32,000 nt of DNA. Source: Longivirga aurantiaca (lineage in GTDB: Bacteria > Actinomycetota > Actinomycetes > S36-B12 > CAIYMF01). The stretch lies in assembly GCF_042660085.1 (NCBI RefSeq), contig NZ_JBHSTI010000008.1, positions 1,419,876 to 1,451,875 of the forward strand, in the 5' to 3' direction. Positions 9,218 through 18,624 of the stretch are shown here, piece after piece. Both the position numbers and the translations under genes were made by a program. The notes below the pieces were generated by a model. It worked only from the letters and a program-made list of their open reading frames with translations. It made no database searches and was not told the origin of the DNA. Within the stretch, counting starts at the first letter, position 1. Each line of letters opens with the position of its first letter.

Positions 9218-11074
9218 TCAGCCGGAGAACTCCGCGGCGGCGCGCTCGGCGGCCTCGAGGAGCGTCTTGGTCGTGGCGATGCGGCCCTCGACGTCGGCGG
9301 CCTTACGGGCGTCGCCGGCGGCGACGAGCTTGGCGTGCTCCTTCTCGAGCTTGGCCAGCGACGCGCCGAACTGCTCCACCGTCGCGTCGGCACGGGCCTT
9401 GGCCTCGGGGTTGGTGCGCTTCCACTGGTCCTGCTCGCCCTTGCGGACGGCGTCCTCGACGCGGCGCAGGCGCCCCTCGATGCGCTCCTTGTCGCCGCGC
9501 GGGACGTGGCCGATCGACTCCCAGCGCTCCTGGATCGACCGCAGCGCAGTCTTGGCCGACTTGAGGTCGGAGGTGTTGATCGCCTCGGCCTCGGCCAGCA
9601 GGGCCTCCTTGGCCGCGAGGTTCTCGGCGAAGCCGGCGTCGCGCTTGCCGAGCTCGGCGTTGCGGGCGGCGAAGAACTCGTCCTGGGCGGCGCGGAAGCG
9701 CTGCCACAGCTCCTCCTCGTCCGTCTTGCCGGCCCGGCCTGCGGCCTTCCAGCGCGACATGAGGTCGCGGTACGCGGACGCGGTGTTCCCCCAGTCGGTG
9801 GACGACTTGAGGGCCTCGGCCTCGGCGACGAGCGACTCCTTGACCTGCTTGGCCTCGCCGCGCTCGCCGTCGAGGCGGGCGAAGTGCTGGCGACGGTGCT
9901 TGTCGAACTGCGAGCGGGCGTGGCTGAACCGCTTCCAGAGGGCCTGCTCGCCGGTGCGGTCGGCACGGGGGGCGGCCTTCCACTCGTCGAGCAGCTCCTT
10001 GAAGCGCTCGCCGCTCGCCTTCCACTGGGTGGACTCGGCGAGGGCCTCGGCCTCGGCCACGATCGCCTCGCGGGCGGCGAGGGCGGCGGCCTTGGCGGCG
10101 GCACGCACCTCGGCGGCAGCGGCGCGCTTCTCCTGCACGAGGGAGTCGAGCGCCGCGACGCGGGCGCGCAGCGACGCGAGGTCGCCGACCATCGTGGGCG
10201 ACTCGAGCGACTCGAGCGCGCGCTTGACCACGGCACCGGCCTGCTCGGGTGAGGCCTTGCCCTCGGTGAGGCGTCGCGTGGCGAGGCTGACCTCGACCGA
10301 GAGGTCGTCGAACTTGCGGACGAAGAACGCCAGCCCCTCGTCCGGGGTGCCCGCAGCCCACTGCCCCACGACGTGCTCGGAGCCGTCGTGGAGGGCGACG
10401 TGGACGTTGCCGTCGTCGTCGATGCGCCCGAAGGTGGCCGAGTCGGTGGGGCGGTCGGCGTCGTGCACCTCGGGCTCCGGGGCGGCCACCGGCGCGGGCG
10501 TCGCAGCGCCGGTCGCCACGGGGCGCGGGGGAGCGGGCCGGACGCTGCCGGCGAGGGCGGCGGGGCTCGGCCGCGGCGACGGCTTCGGTGCAGCAGCGGG
10601 TGCCTCAGCGGAGGGTGCCTCAGCGGAGGGTGCCTCAGGAGCGGGTGCCTCGGCAGCGGGTGCCGCGGCACCGGGTGCCTCGGCTGCTGGCGCCTGCGCA
10701 GCGGGGACGTCGGCGGCGGCCTCGGCTTCGACCTGCTCGGGCGCTGCCTCGACGGCGGGCATCGGCGGGGCGGCCTCGACGGCGGCCTGCTCGGGCGCCG
10801 CCTCGACGGCGGGCATCGGCGGGGCGGCCTCGACAGCGGCTGGCTCCGCGACGGGCTCCTCGACAGCGGCTGGCTCCGCGACGGGCTCCTCGACAGCGGC
10901 TGGCTCCGCGAGGGGCTCCTCGACCGGTGCTTCGGCGGCCTCGGCCTCCGGTGCCGCAGCGGCATCGGGAGCATCAGGTGCTGCCTCGACCGCCTCCACC
11001 GCCTCGGTGACCTCGTCGGGGGTGGTCTGCTCGGTGCCCTCGGGGGCGCTGCTGTCGCTCATGCTGGTGTTCAC
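9218..11074 (-). CDS. DUF349 domain-containing protein with Ala/Glu/Pro-rich repetitive N-terminus
   Basis: Repeated W..AGR..R..E..LW.RF..A...F motifs typical of DUF349; starts MSDSSAPEGTEQTTPDEV. Confidence 0.88.
   Translation of the reverse strand: MNTSMSDSSAPEGTEQTTPDEVTEAVEAVEAAPDAPDAAAAPEAEAAEAPVEEPLAEPAAVEEPVAEPAAVEEPVAEPAAVEAAPPMPAVEAAPEQAAVEAAPPMPAVEAAPEQVEAEAAADVPAAQAPAAEAPGAAAPAAEAPAPEAPSAEAPSAEAPAAAPKPSPRPSPAALAGSVRPAPPRPVATGAATPAPVAAPEPEVHDADRPTDSATFGRIDDDGNVHVALHDGSEHVVGQWAAGTPDEGLAFFVRKFDDLSVEVSLATRRLTEGKASPEQAGAVVKRALESLESPTMVGDLASLRARVAALDSLVQEKRAAAAEVRAAAKAAALAAREAIVAEAEALAESTQWKASGERFKELLDEWKAAPRADRTGEQALWKRFSHARSQFDKHRRQHFARLDGERGEAKQVKESLVAEAEALKSSTDWGNTASAYRDLMSRWKAAGRAGKTDEEELWQRFRAAQDEFFAARNAELGKRDAGFAENLAAKEALLAEAEAINTSDLKSAKTALRSIQERWESIGHVPRGDKERIEGRLRRVEDAVRKGEQDQWKRTNPEAKARADATVEQFGASLAKLEKEHAKLVAAGDARKAADVEGRIATTKTLLEAAERAAAEFSG
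10732..10839. repeat. Two near-identical 54-bp tandem units inside the DUF349 gene
   Basis: cctgctcgggcgc(t/c)gcctcgacggcgggcatcggcggggcggcctcgac(g/a)gcgg..., copies offset by 54 bp (18 codons). Confidence 0.85.
10831..10920. repeat. Three 30-bp tandem units inside the DUF349 gene
   Basis: cgacagcggctggctccgcgacgggctcct x3 (10831-10860, 10861-10890 identical; 10891-10920 with one substitution). Confidence 0.93.
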
Positions 11075-11077
11075 TCC

Positions 11078-11965
11078 TCAGCCGGCCGGCTTGTCGCTGG
11101 TCGTGGCCTTCGTGATGACGATGGGCTGTGCGGGGGATCCGTCGTTCGGGTTGGCGTTGCCTTGCGCGACCCCGGCCTCGGCCACCTTCTGGACGACGTC
11201 GAGACCGGACACCACTGTGCCCCAGATCGTGTAGCTCGCGGGCAGGGTCGTGTCCTTGTAGACGATGAAGAACTGGCTGCCGGACGTGCCGGGGCCGCCG
11301 TTTGCCATCGCGACGGTGCCCTCCGGGTAGTTGACGCCCGTCGCGGTGGGCAGGTTCTCGTCGGGCAGCGTGTAGCCGGGGCCGCCCGTGCCGTCGTTGT
11401 TCGGGCTGCCGCACTGGAGCACGAAGATGCCGCTCGTGGTGAGGCGGAAGCAGTCGCTGTCGGTGTAGAAGCCCTGGTCGGCCAGGAACGCCATCGACGT
11501 CGTGGTCTGCGGCGCCTTCTGGTTGGGCACCATCTCGATCACGATGTCGCCGCAGTTGGTGGCGAGCGTGAGCGTGGTCTGCGCCCCGGCCGGGCGGGTG
11601 TCGGCCGGCGGGGAGGTCCAGGTCTGCGTCTTCACGGTGGGCTCGGGGGCCGTGGTGCAGCCCTTCACCGACGCCGACGGGCTCGCGCTCGGCGACACCG
11701 AGCCGCTGGGGCTGGTCGAGGGCGACGCCGACGTCGACGGCGATGCGGTGGCTGACGGCGAGGTCACGCCGTCCGCGACGTCGTCCGAGCCGCGGTTGGT
11801 CAGCACGAGAGCGAGCACACCGCCCACGACCACGACCAGAGCCGCCACGACGGCGATGATCTGGTTGCGACGTCGGTTCTTGATGGCACGCTCGGCCCGG
11901 CGCTGCTGCTGCCGCTCGTACTTCGCGCGAGCGATCTCCCGCTCGCGCTTGTTGCTGCTCGACAC
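11078..11965 (-). CDS. Membrane-anchored or secreted cyclophilin-type peptidyl-prolyl cis-trans isomerase
   Basis: N-terminal basic region plus TM (IIAVVAALVVVVGGVLALVL), Ser/Pro linker, then ATNCGDIVIEMVPNQKAPQTTTSMAFLADQGFYTDSDCFRL...GTGGPGYTLPDENL...GTSGSQFFIVYKD. Confidence 0.92.
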   Translation of the reverse strand: MSSSNKREREIARAKYERQQQRRAERAIKNRRRNQIIAVVAALVVVVGGVLALVLTNRGSDDVADGVTSPSATASPSTSASPSTSPSGSVSPSASPSASVKGCTTAPEPTVKTQTWTSPPADTRPAGAQTTLTLATNCGDIVIEMVPNQKAPQTTTSMAFLADQGFYTDSDCFRLTTSGIFVLQCGSPNNDGTGGPGYTLPDENLPTATGVNYPEGTVAMANGGPGTSGSQFFIVYKDTTLPASYTIWGTVVSGLDVVQKVAEAGVAQGNANPNDGSPAQPIVITKATTSDKPAG

Positions 11966-12159
11966 GCCCTGCGGCTCCCGTCACGTCCTCGCCGAGCACC
12001 GGTCCGGTGCCCTGCCGCGCACCACGCGCCCTGGGAGTCTAGGCAGTCGATACGCGATCGGGGGCAGGCGGGCCGGAAGGTAGGCTGCGCCCGCCGGGCG
12101 TGTCGCCCGGCGGCCACGTCACAGTTTGGTGACGGGACCCGGCAGCAGGAGGAGAGCCC

Positions 12160-12879
12160 GTGCTCGTCGTCGGCTTCCCCGCCGGTCCCTGGGGAACCAA
12201 CTGCTGGGTGCTCGCGACCGGCAAGGGCGAGCAGTGCGTCGTCGTCGACCCGGGCAAGGACGCCGCCCCGGGTATCGAGGACGTCGTCCGCGAGCAGGGC
12301 CTGGAACCCGTCGCCGTGCTCCTCACCCACGGGCACATCGACCACGTGTGGTCGGTGGTCCCGGTCTGCGGTGCCCGCGGGATCCCGGCGTACATCCACC
12401 CCGACGACCGCTCGATGCTCGCCGACCCCCTGGCGGGCATCAGCGCGCAGACGGCGCAGATGCTGGCCTCCATGACCGAGGGGAAGCTCGCCGCGGGCGA
12501 GCCGGACGACGTCCGCCTGCTGACCGACGGCGCCGTCCTCGAGCTGGCCGGGCTCGAGCTGGTCGTCGACCACGCGCCGGGGCACACCCGGGGCTCGGTG
12601 ATGTTCCGGCAGGCCGCCGCCGAGGGCGTACCCCCGCTCCTGCTCTCCGGCGACGTCCTGTTCGAGGGCTCGATCGGCCGCACCGACCTCCCGGGCGGAG
12701 ACCACGAGGCGATGCTCGCCAGCCTCGCGCGCAAGGTGCTGCCCCTCGACGACGAGACCGTGGTGCTGCCCGGCCACGGCGGCACGACCACCATCGGCGA
12801 CGAGCGCGCCACCAACCCGTACCTCACGGCCCTGATCCGCCAGGGCTCGTCGACCGCTGCCCCCGGACGGGGGCTCTAG
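12160..12879 (+). CDS. MBL-fold metallo-hydrolase (glyoxalase II-like)
   Basis: [13 protein letters not shown] (HxHxDH), [48 protein letters not shown]; SD ggagag upstream of GTG. Confidence 0.9.
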   Translation: MLVVGFPAGPWGTNCWVLATGKGEQCVVVDPGKDAAPGIEDVVREQGLEPVAVLLTHGHIDHVWSVVPVCGARGIPAYIHPDDRSMLADPLAGISAQTAQMLASMTEGKLAAGEPDDVRLLTDGAVLELAGLELVVDHAPGHTRGSVMFRQAAAEGVPPLLLSGDVLFEGSIGRTDLPGGDHEAMLASLARKVLPLDDETVVLPGHGGTTTIGDERATNPYLTALIRQGSSTAAPGRGL

Positions 12880-12885
12880 GACCTC

Positions 12886-14232
12886 ATGAGCCGCATCGCC
12901 CCCCTCTCCGGCTTCCCGGAGTGGCTGCCCGCCGAGCGCGTCGTGGAGCAGCAGGTGCTCGACACCGTGCGCCGCGTCTTCGAGCTGCACGGCTTCGCCT
13001 CGATCGAGACGCGCGCGGTGGAGCCCCTCGAGCAGATGCTGCGCAAGGGCGAGATCGACAAGGAGGTCTACGTCCTCCGCCGTCTGCACGCCGAGAGCGA
13101 CGAGGCCGACGCCGGGCTCGGCCTGCACTTCGACCTCACCGTGCCGTTCGCGCGCTACGTGCTGCAGAACGCCGGTCACCTGGAGTTCCCGTTCCGCCGC
13201 TACCAGATCCAGAAGGTGTGGCGGGGCGAGCGGCCGCAGGAGGGGCGCTTCCGCGAGTTCACTCAGGCCGACATCGACGTCATCGGCCGCGACACCCTCG
13301 CGTTCCACCACGAGGTCGAGGTCGCGCTCGTGATGGCCGAGGTGTTCCGCGCGCTCCCGTGCCCGCCCGCGGTCATCCTCGTGAACAACCGCAAGCTCGC
13401 GGAGGGCTTCTTCCTGGGCGCGGGCGCCACCGATGCTGCGGCGGCCCTCCGGGCGATCGACAAGCTCGACAAGATCGGCCCCGAGAAGGTGGCCGCGCTC
13501 CTCGAGTCGGACGCCGGCCTCACGGCCGAGGGCGCGCAGAAGTGCCTCGCCCTCGCCGGCATCCGCAGTGCCGACGTCTCGTTCGTCGCTCAGGTGCGCG
13601 CGCTCGGCGTCGAGCACGAGCTGCTCACCGAGGGGCTCGACGAGCTCGCCGCGGTGATCGCGGCGGCGTCCGCGCGGATGCCGGGCGCGGTGGTGGCCGA
13701 CCTCAAGATCGCGCGGGGCCTGGACTACTACACGGGCACGGTCTACGAGACCCAGCTCGTCGGGTACGAGTCGTTCGGCTCGGTCTGCTCGGGCGGCCGG
13801 TACGACTCGCTCGCGAGCGACGGCCGTACGACGTACCCGGGCGTCGGCATCTCGCTCGGCGTCTCGCGCCTGCTGTCGGTGCTCATCGGCCGCGGCCTGG
13901 TGACGGCCTCCCGCTCGGTGCCGACCGCCGTGCTCGTCGCCGTCTCCGACGACGACGCCCGCGGCACGTCCGAGGACGTCGCAGCGGCGCTGCGCGCCCG
14001 GGGCATCAGCACCGAGGTCGCGCCCAGCGCGGCCAAGTTCGGCAAGCAGATCCGCCACGCCGACCGTCGTGGCATCCCGTTCGTCTGGTTCGTCTCGGAC
14101 GACGGCACGCACTCGGTCAAGGACATCCGGTCGGGCGACCAGGTCGACGCCGACCCCACCAGCTGGACGCCGCCGGCGGAGGACCTCGTCCCCGTCGTTG
14201 CGCTGGCTCAGAACGAGGAGAGCACGTCGTGA
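12886..14232 (+). CDS. hisS: Histidine--tRNA ligase
   Basis: Class II synthetase sequence [72 protein letters not shown]. Confidence 0.96.
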   Translation: MSRIAPLSGFPEWLPAERVVEQQVLDTVRRVFELHGFASIETRAVEPLEQMLRKGEIDKEVYVLRRLHAESDEADAGLGLHFDLTVPFARYVLQNAGHLEFPFRRYQIQKVWRGERPQEGRFREFTQADIDVIGRDTLAFHHEVEVALVMAEVFRALPCPPAVILVNNRKLAEGFFLGAGATDAAAALRAIDKLDKIGPEKVAALLESDAGLTAEGAQKCLALAGIRSADVSFVAQVRALGVEHELLTEGLDELAAVIAAASARMPGAVVADLKIARGLDYYTGTVYETQLVGYESFGSVCSGGRYDSLASDGRTTYPGVGISLGVSRLLSVLIGRGLVTASRSVPTAVLVAVSDDDARGTSEDVAAALRARGISTEVAPSAAKFGKQIRHADRRGIPFVWFVSDDGTHSVKDIRSGDQVDADPTSWTPPAEDLVPVVALAQNEESTS

Positions 14233-16013
14233 TCCGCACGCACACCGCCGGAAGCCTTCGCGCGGAGCACGTCGGCCAGACCGTGACGCTGGCCGGCTGG
14301 GTCGCCCGCCGCCGCGACCACGGCGGCGTCGCCTTCCTCGACCTGCGCGACGCGTCCGGCGTCGTGCAGGTGGTCGTCCGCGATCCCGAGGTCGCGCACC
14401 CGTTGCGCAACGAGTTCTGCGTCAAGGTCGTCGGCGTGGTGTCGGCCCGGCCCGAGGGCAACGCCAACCTCGACCTGCCGACCGGCGAGGTCGAGGTCGT
14501 GACGAGCGAGCTCGAGGTGCTCTCGACGGCGGCGCCGCTGCCGTTCCCGATCGACGAGCACGTCGAGGTCGGCGAGGAGGCGCGCCTGCGCCACCGCTAC
14601 CTCGACCTCCGCCGTCCCGCGCCGGGCGCCGCCCTGCGTCTGCGCAGCCGCGTCAACCGCATCGCGCGCGACGTGCTCTACGACCACGACTTCATCGAGA
14701 TCGAGACCCCGACGCTGACCCGCTCGACCCCCGAGGGTGCGCGCGACTTCCTCGTGCCGGCCCGCCTGCAGCCGGGCACCTGGTACGCGCTGCCTCAGAG
14801 CCCGCAGCTGTTCAAGCAGCTGCTCATGGTGGCGGGCATGGAGCGCTACTTCCAGATCGCGCGCTGCTACCGCGACGAGGACTTCCGTGCCGACCGGCAG
14901 CCGGAGTTCACCCAGCTCGACATCGAGATGAGCTTCGTCGACCAGGACGACGTCATCGCGATCGGCGAGGCCGTCGTGTCGTCGGTGTGGCGCGAGATCG
15001 GCGTCGAGATCCCCACGCCCATCGCGCGGATGACGTACGCCGACTCGATGGCGCGCTACGGCAACGACAAGCCCGACCTGCGCTTCGGCAACGAGCTGGT
15101 CGAGTGCACCGACTACTTCGGCGGGACGACGTTCCGGGTCTTCCAGGCGCCGTACGTCGGCGCGGTCGTCATGCCGGGCGGGGCCTCGCAGCCGCGCAAG
15201 CAGCTCGACGCGTGGCAGGACTGGGCGAAGTCCCGCGGCGCGCGCGGCCTCGCGTACGTGCTGGTAGGCGAGGACGGCGAGCTCGGCGGCCCGGTCGCCA
15301 AGAACCTCAGCGACGCCGAGCGCGCGGGCCTGGCCGAGCGCGTCGGCGCCCAGCCCGGCGACTGCGTGTTCTTCGCGGCGGGGGAGACAACGCCGTCGCG
15401 GGCGCTCCTCGGCGCCGCGCGCCTGGAGATCGGCAAGCGCTGCGGCCTCATCGACGAGTCCGCGTGGGCGTTCGTGTGGATCGTCGACGCGCCGCTGTTC
15501 GAGCCGTCGTCCAAGGCGGTCGAGAGCGGCGACGTCGCCGTCGGTGCCGGCGCCTGGACCGCCGTGCACCACGCGTTCACCTCGCCCAAGCCCGAGTGGA
15601 TCGACCGGTTCGAGGAGAGCCCTGGGGAGGCGCTCGCCTACGCGTACGACATCGTGTGCAACGGCAACGAGATCGGCGGCGGCTCGATCCGTATCCACCG
15701 CAAGGACGTGCAGGAGCGCGTGTTCGCGATGATGGGCCTCGGGGCCGAGGAGCAGCAGGAGAAGTTCGGCTTCCTGCTCGACGCGTTCGCCTTCGGCCCC
15801 CCGCCGCACGGCGGCATCGCCTTCGGCTGGGACCGCATCGTGGCGCTGCTCTCGGGCAGCGACTCGATCCGCGACGTGATCGCGTTCCCCAAGACCGGTG
15901 GCGGTCAGGACCCGCTGACGGGCGCCCCGGCCGCGATCAGCGGCCAGCAGCGCGCCGAGGCCGGCGTCGACTTCGTCCCCGAGCCCGAGCCCTCGGAGCC
16001 CTCCGGGGCCTGA
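14229..16013 (+). CDS. aspS: Aspartate--tRNA ligase
   Basis: In-frame part of ORF 12126..16013; GTG overlaps hisS stop; [84 protein letters not shown]. Confidence 0.96.
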   Translation: MIRTHTAGSLRAEHVGQTVTLAGWVARRRDHGGVAFLDLRDASGVVQVVVRDPEVAHPLRNEFCVKVVGVVSARPEGNANLDLPTGEVEVVTSELEVLSTAAPLPFPIDEHVEVGEEARLRHRYLDLRRPAPGAALRLRSRVNRIARDVLYDHDFIEIETPTLTRSTPEGARDFLVPARLQPGTWYALPQSPQLFKQLLMVAGMERYFQIARCYRDEDFRADRQPEFTQLDIEMSFVDQDDVIAIGEAVVSSVWREIGVEIPTPIARMTYADSMARYGNDKPDLRFGNELVECTDYFGGTTFRVFQAPYVGAVVMPGGASQPRKQLDAWQDWAKSRGARGLAYVLVGEDGELGGPVAKNLSDAERAGLAERVGAQPGDCVFFAAGETTPSRALLGAARLEIGKRCGLIDESAWAFVWIVDAPLFEPSSKAVESGDVAVGAGAWTAVHHAFTSPKPEWIDRFEESPGEALAYAYDIVCNGNEIGGGSIRIHRKDVQERVFAMMGLGAEEQQEKFGFLLDAFAFGPPPHGGIAFGWDRIVALLSGSDSIRDVIAFPKTGGGQDPLTGAPAAISGQQRAEAGVDFVPEPEPSEPSGA

Positions 16014-16024
16014 TCCGGGTCGCC

Positions 16025-16864
16025 TCAGTGGTGGTCGGGGCCGGCGACCGCCAGGGCGCCCGAGCTGCTGCCGCGGAGCCAGCGGAACCCCAGCGACGCG
16101 TAGACGCTGCGCGCCGCGTCGTTGTCGGCGTACATCCCGAGGCTGACCGCGGGCACGCCCGCGGCGAGCGAGTCGGCGGTGACCTCGGCGCACAGCAGCC
16201 GGGCGAGCCGCGTGCCGCGCCTCTCGGGGTGGGTGGCCACGCTGTTGAGGTGGTGGCTGCCCGACCGCTGACGCGTCACCGCGAGCACCGCCGCGAGCCC
16301 GCCCGTATCGGGCAGGCCGCGCTCGGGATCCTCGATCCCGGCCCAGCGCACCACGCGCGGGTCGCCGGCGGGGATCGACGCCGTGGGCGACGACACCTCG
16401 AGCAGGGCCGCGATGCGCGGGTCGCCGGCGTCCAGGTCGACCACCCGGGCGGCATCGCCGTACGGGGTGGACTGCGGAGCAGGCGGCACGAGGGTGCACC
16501 AGGCGTCCCACTCGTCGTGCTCGCGCGGCTGCAGGTGGTCGGGCAGCAGCGCGAGGCCGCCGCGCGGCACCGTGACCCCGGTGACCGGCTCGCCGATCCC
16601 GGTGCCGGCGTCCGCGAGACGCGTGAGCAGGGCGACGGCGGCGGCCACGTGCCCGGGGTCGAGCGGGTCGGCGGCGTACCCGCTCACCCAGCGGGCCCCG
16701 CGCCACGCGTGGTGGCTCACGACGGCCGCGGCTCGCCCGGGATCCGTGGCGATGCGCTGCAGGTGCCCGGGGTCGACGTCGAACCGGATCCAGAGGTCGC
16801 CCGGCAGTGCCTCCTCGAGCTCGGCGTGCAGGGCGCGCTGCCGGTCGTCGGGTGCGGGGCTCAC
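16025..16864 (-). CDS. GNAT family N-acetyltransferase
   Basis: C-terminal part HHLNSVATHPERRGTRLARLLCAEVTADSLAAGVPAVSLGMYADNDAARSVYASLGFRW; probable start at the GTG giving VSPAPDDRQRALHAELEEALPG (alternative upstream starts exist). Confidence 0.8.
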   Translation of the reverse strand: MSPAPDDRQRALHAELEEALPGDLWIRFDVDPGHLQRIATDPGRAAAVVSHHAWRGARWVSGYAADPLDPGHVAAAVALLTRLADAGTGIGEPVTGVTVPRGGLALLPDHLQPREHDEWDAWCTLVPPAPQSTPYGDAARVVDLDAGDPRIAALLEVSSPTASIPAGDPRVVRWAGIEDPERGLPDTGGLAAVLAVTRQRSGSHHLNSVATHPERRGTRLARLLCAEVTADSLAAGVPAVSLGMYADNDAARSVYASLGFRWLRGSSSGALAVAGPDHH

Positions 16865-16913
16865 CCCGTAACCCAAGCAGACCGCCGCCCGGCCACCGCC
16901 TAGGGTTTCCCGC

Positions 16914-18311
16914 GTGACCGCGAGCCTGTTCGACGACGGTGCGGCGCCGACCCGCGTCGGAGCCCCGCTCGCCGTCCGCATGCGCCCGCGCACCCTGGAG
17001 GAGCTGGTCGGCCAGCGGCACCTGCTCGAGCCCGGGAGCCCCCTGCGCAGGCTGGTGGCCGACCCCGGGTCGGGCCGCGCCGGCATCACGAGCGTGATCC
17101 TCTGGGGGCCGCCCGGCACCGGCAAGACCACCCTCGCCTCGCTCGTGAGCACGAGCACGGGACGCCGCTTCGTCGAGCTCTCGGCCGTGACGGCCGGCGT
17201 GAAGGACGTCCGCGAGGTGGTCGACCGCGCCCGCGACGCCCTCGGCATGCAGGGGCAGGGCACGGTGCTGTTCGTCGACGAGGTGCACCGCTTCTCCAAG
17301 ACCCAGCAGGACGCGCTCCTCCCGGCGGTCGAGAACGGCTGGGTCACGCTCGTCGCCGCAACCACCGAGAACCCGTCGTTCTCGGTGATCTCCCCGCTGC
17401 TCTCGCGCTCGCTCGTGCTCACCCTGGCCTCGCTGACCGACGACGACCTCCGCGACCTGCTGCGCCGTGCCGTCTCCGACCCCCGCGGCCTCGACGGCAC
17501 GGTGGAGCTCAGCGAGGAGGCGGAGGAGCACCTGCTGCGCGTGGCGGGCGGCGACGCCCGGCGCGCGCTCACCAGCCTGGAGGCCGCCGCCGGTGCTGCC
17601 CTCGACGCCGGGACGAACGTCGTCGACCTCGCCGCGGTCGAGCGGGCCGTGGCCCATGCGGCACCGCGCTACGACCGCGACGGCGACCAGCACTACGACG
17701 TGATCAGCGCGTTCATCAAGAGCTGCCGCGGGTCCGACGTCGACGCCGCCCTGCACTACCTGGCCCGGATGCTCGAGGCGGGGGAGGACCCCCGCTTCAT
17801 CGCGCGCCGCCTGATCATCCTGGCGAGCGAGGACGTCGGCATGGCCGACCCGACCGCGCTGCAGACCGCGGTGGCGGCGGCGAACGCCGTGCAGCTGATC
17901 GGCCTCCCCGAGGGCAGGCTCACGCTGGCCCAGGCGACGGTGGCGATCGCGCTGGCGCCCAAGTCGAACGCCGTCACCGTGGCGATCGGCGAGGCCGAGG
18001 CAGACGTGCGCCGCGGGCTCATCGGACCGGTACCGGCCCACCTGCGCGACAGCCACTACGCCCGCGCCTCCGACCTCGGCCACGGTGTGGGCTACGTCTA
18101 CCCGCACGACGTGCCCGGGGGAGTGGCCGAGCAGCAGTACGCCCCCGACCAGGCCACGGGCCGCCGCTACTACGTGCCGACCCGTCATGGCGCCGAGGCG
18201 CGGTACGCCGACGTCCTGGACCGCCTGCGGGTGGCGCTGGGCCGTGAGGCCCCGCCGGTAGGGTCGGACGACGCGTCGACCGGCGACGCGACAGGTGGCA
18301 GCGAGGGGTGA
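16914..18311 (+). CDS. rarA: Replication-associated recombination protein A (RarA/MgsA family AAA ATPase)
   Basis: [16 protein letters not shown], Walker [59 protein letters not shown]. Confidence 0.95.
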   Translation: MTASLFDDGAAPTRVGAPLAVRMRPRTLEELVGQRHLLEPGSPLRRLVADPGSGRAGITSVILWGPPGTGKTTLASLVSTSTGRRFVELSAVTAGVKDVREVVDRARDALGMQGQGTVLFVDEVHRFSKTQQDALLPAVENGWVTLVAATTENPSFSVISPLLSRSLVLTLASLTDDDLRDLLRRAVSDPRGLDGTVELSEEAEEHLLRVAGGDARRALTSLEAAAGAALDAGTNVVDLAAVERAVAHAAPRYDRDGDQHYDVISAFIKSCRGSDVDAALHYLARMLEAGEDPRFIARRLIILASEDVGMADPTALQTAVAAANAVQLIGLPEGRLTLAQATVAIALAPKSNAVTVAIGEAEADVRRGLIGPVPAHLRDSHYARASDLGHGVGYVYPHDVPGGVAEQQYAPDQATGRRYYVPTRHGAEARYADVLDRLRVALGREAPPVGSDDASTGDATGGSEG

Positions 18312-18318
18312 GCACGAC

Positions 18319-18624
18319 GTGAAGCGACTGTTCTGGCTCGGTGTCGGCGCCGCCGCGGGCTACTACGCCGCACGCCGGGGCGAGGAGGCCGTCGAGCGCG
18401 CCCGCGAGCGCGGCGTCGTCGGCAACGTGACCCTCGCAGCCACCACGGCGTCGAAGGTGGCGGCCACCGCGTCGCGCACCGCCGTGACGCTCGGCGAGAA
18501 GGCACGCGCCCTCGCGGCCGACCCCGCCGGCTCCGAGACCGCCACCGTGACCCCGATCCGCCCTGCAGCCGGCACGTCCCCGAGCAGCCCCGCGAGCAGC
18601 CCCAGCCGAGAGGTCCGACCCTGA
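18319..18624 (+). CDS. Small hypothetical protein, possibly membrane-associated
   Basis: In-frame part of ORF 18295..18624; begins VKRLFWLGVGAAAGYYAARRGEEAVERARER, fills the gap between rarA and alaS. Confidence 0.75.
   Translation: MKRLFWLGVGAAAGYYAARRGEEAVERARERGVVGNVTLAATTASKVAATASRTAVTLGEKARALAADPAGSETATVTPIRPAAGTSPSSPASSPSREVRP

Noticed and set aside
10600-10925. Possible CRISPR-like repeat array
   Set aside because: Units are directly adjacent with no unique spacers, are multiples of 3 bp and encode a repetitive in-frame peptide in the DUF349 protein.
11800-14112. 770-aa antisense ORF opposite the MBL hydrolase and hisS
   Set aside because: GC-codon shadow frame of convincing + strand genes; no recognisable domain.
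14208-18188. 1326-aa antisense ORF spanning aspS, GNAT, rarA
   Set aside because: Only the part around 16025-18188 strand/frame context is open by high GC; the sequence is Arg/Ala/His-rich shadow translation opposite well-supported conserved genes.
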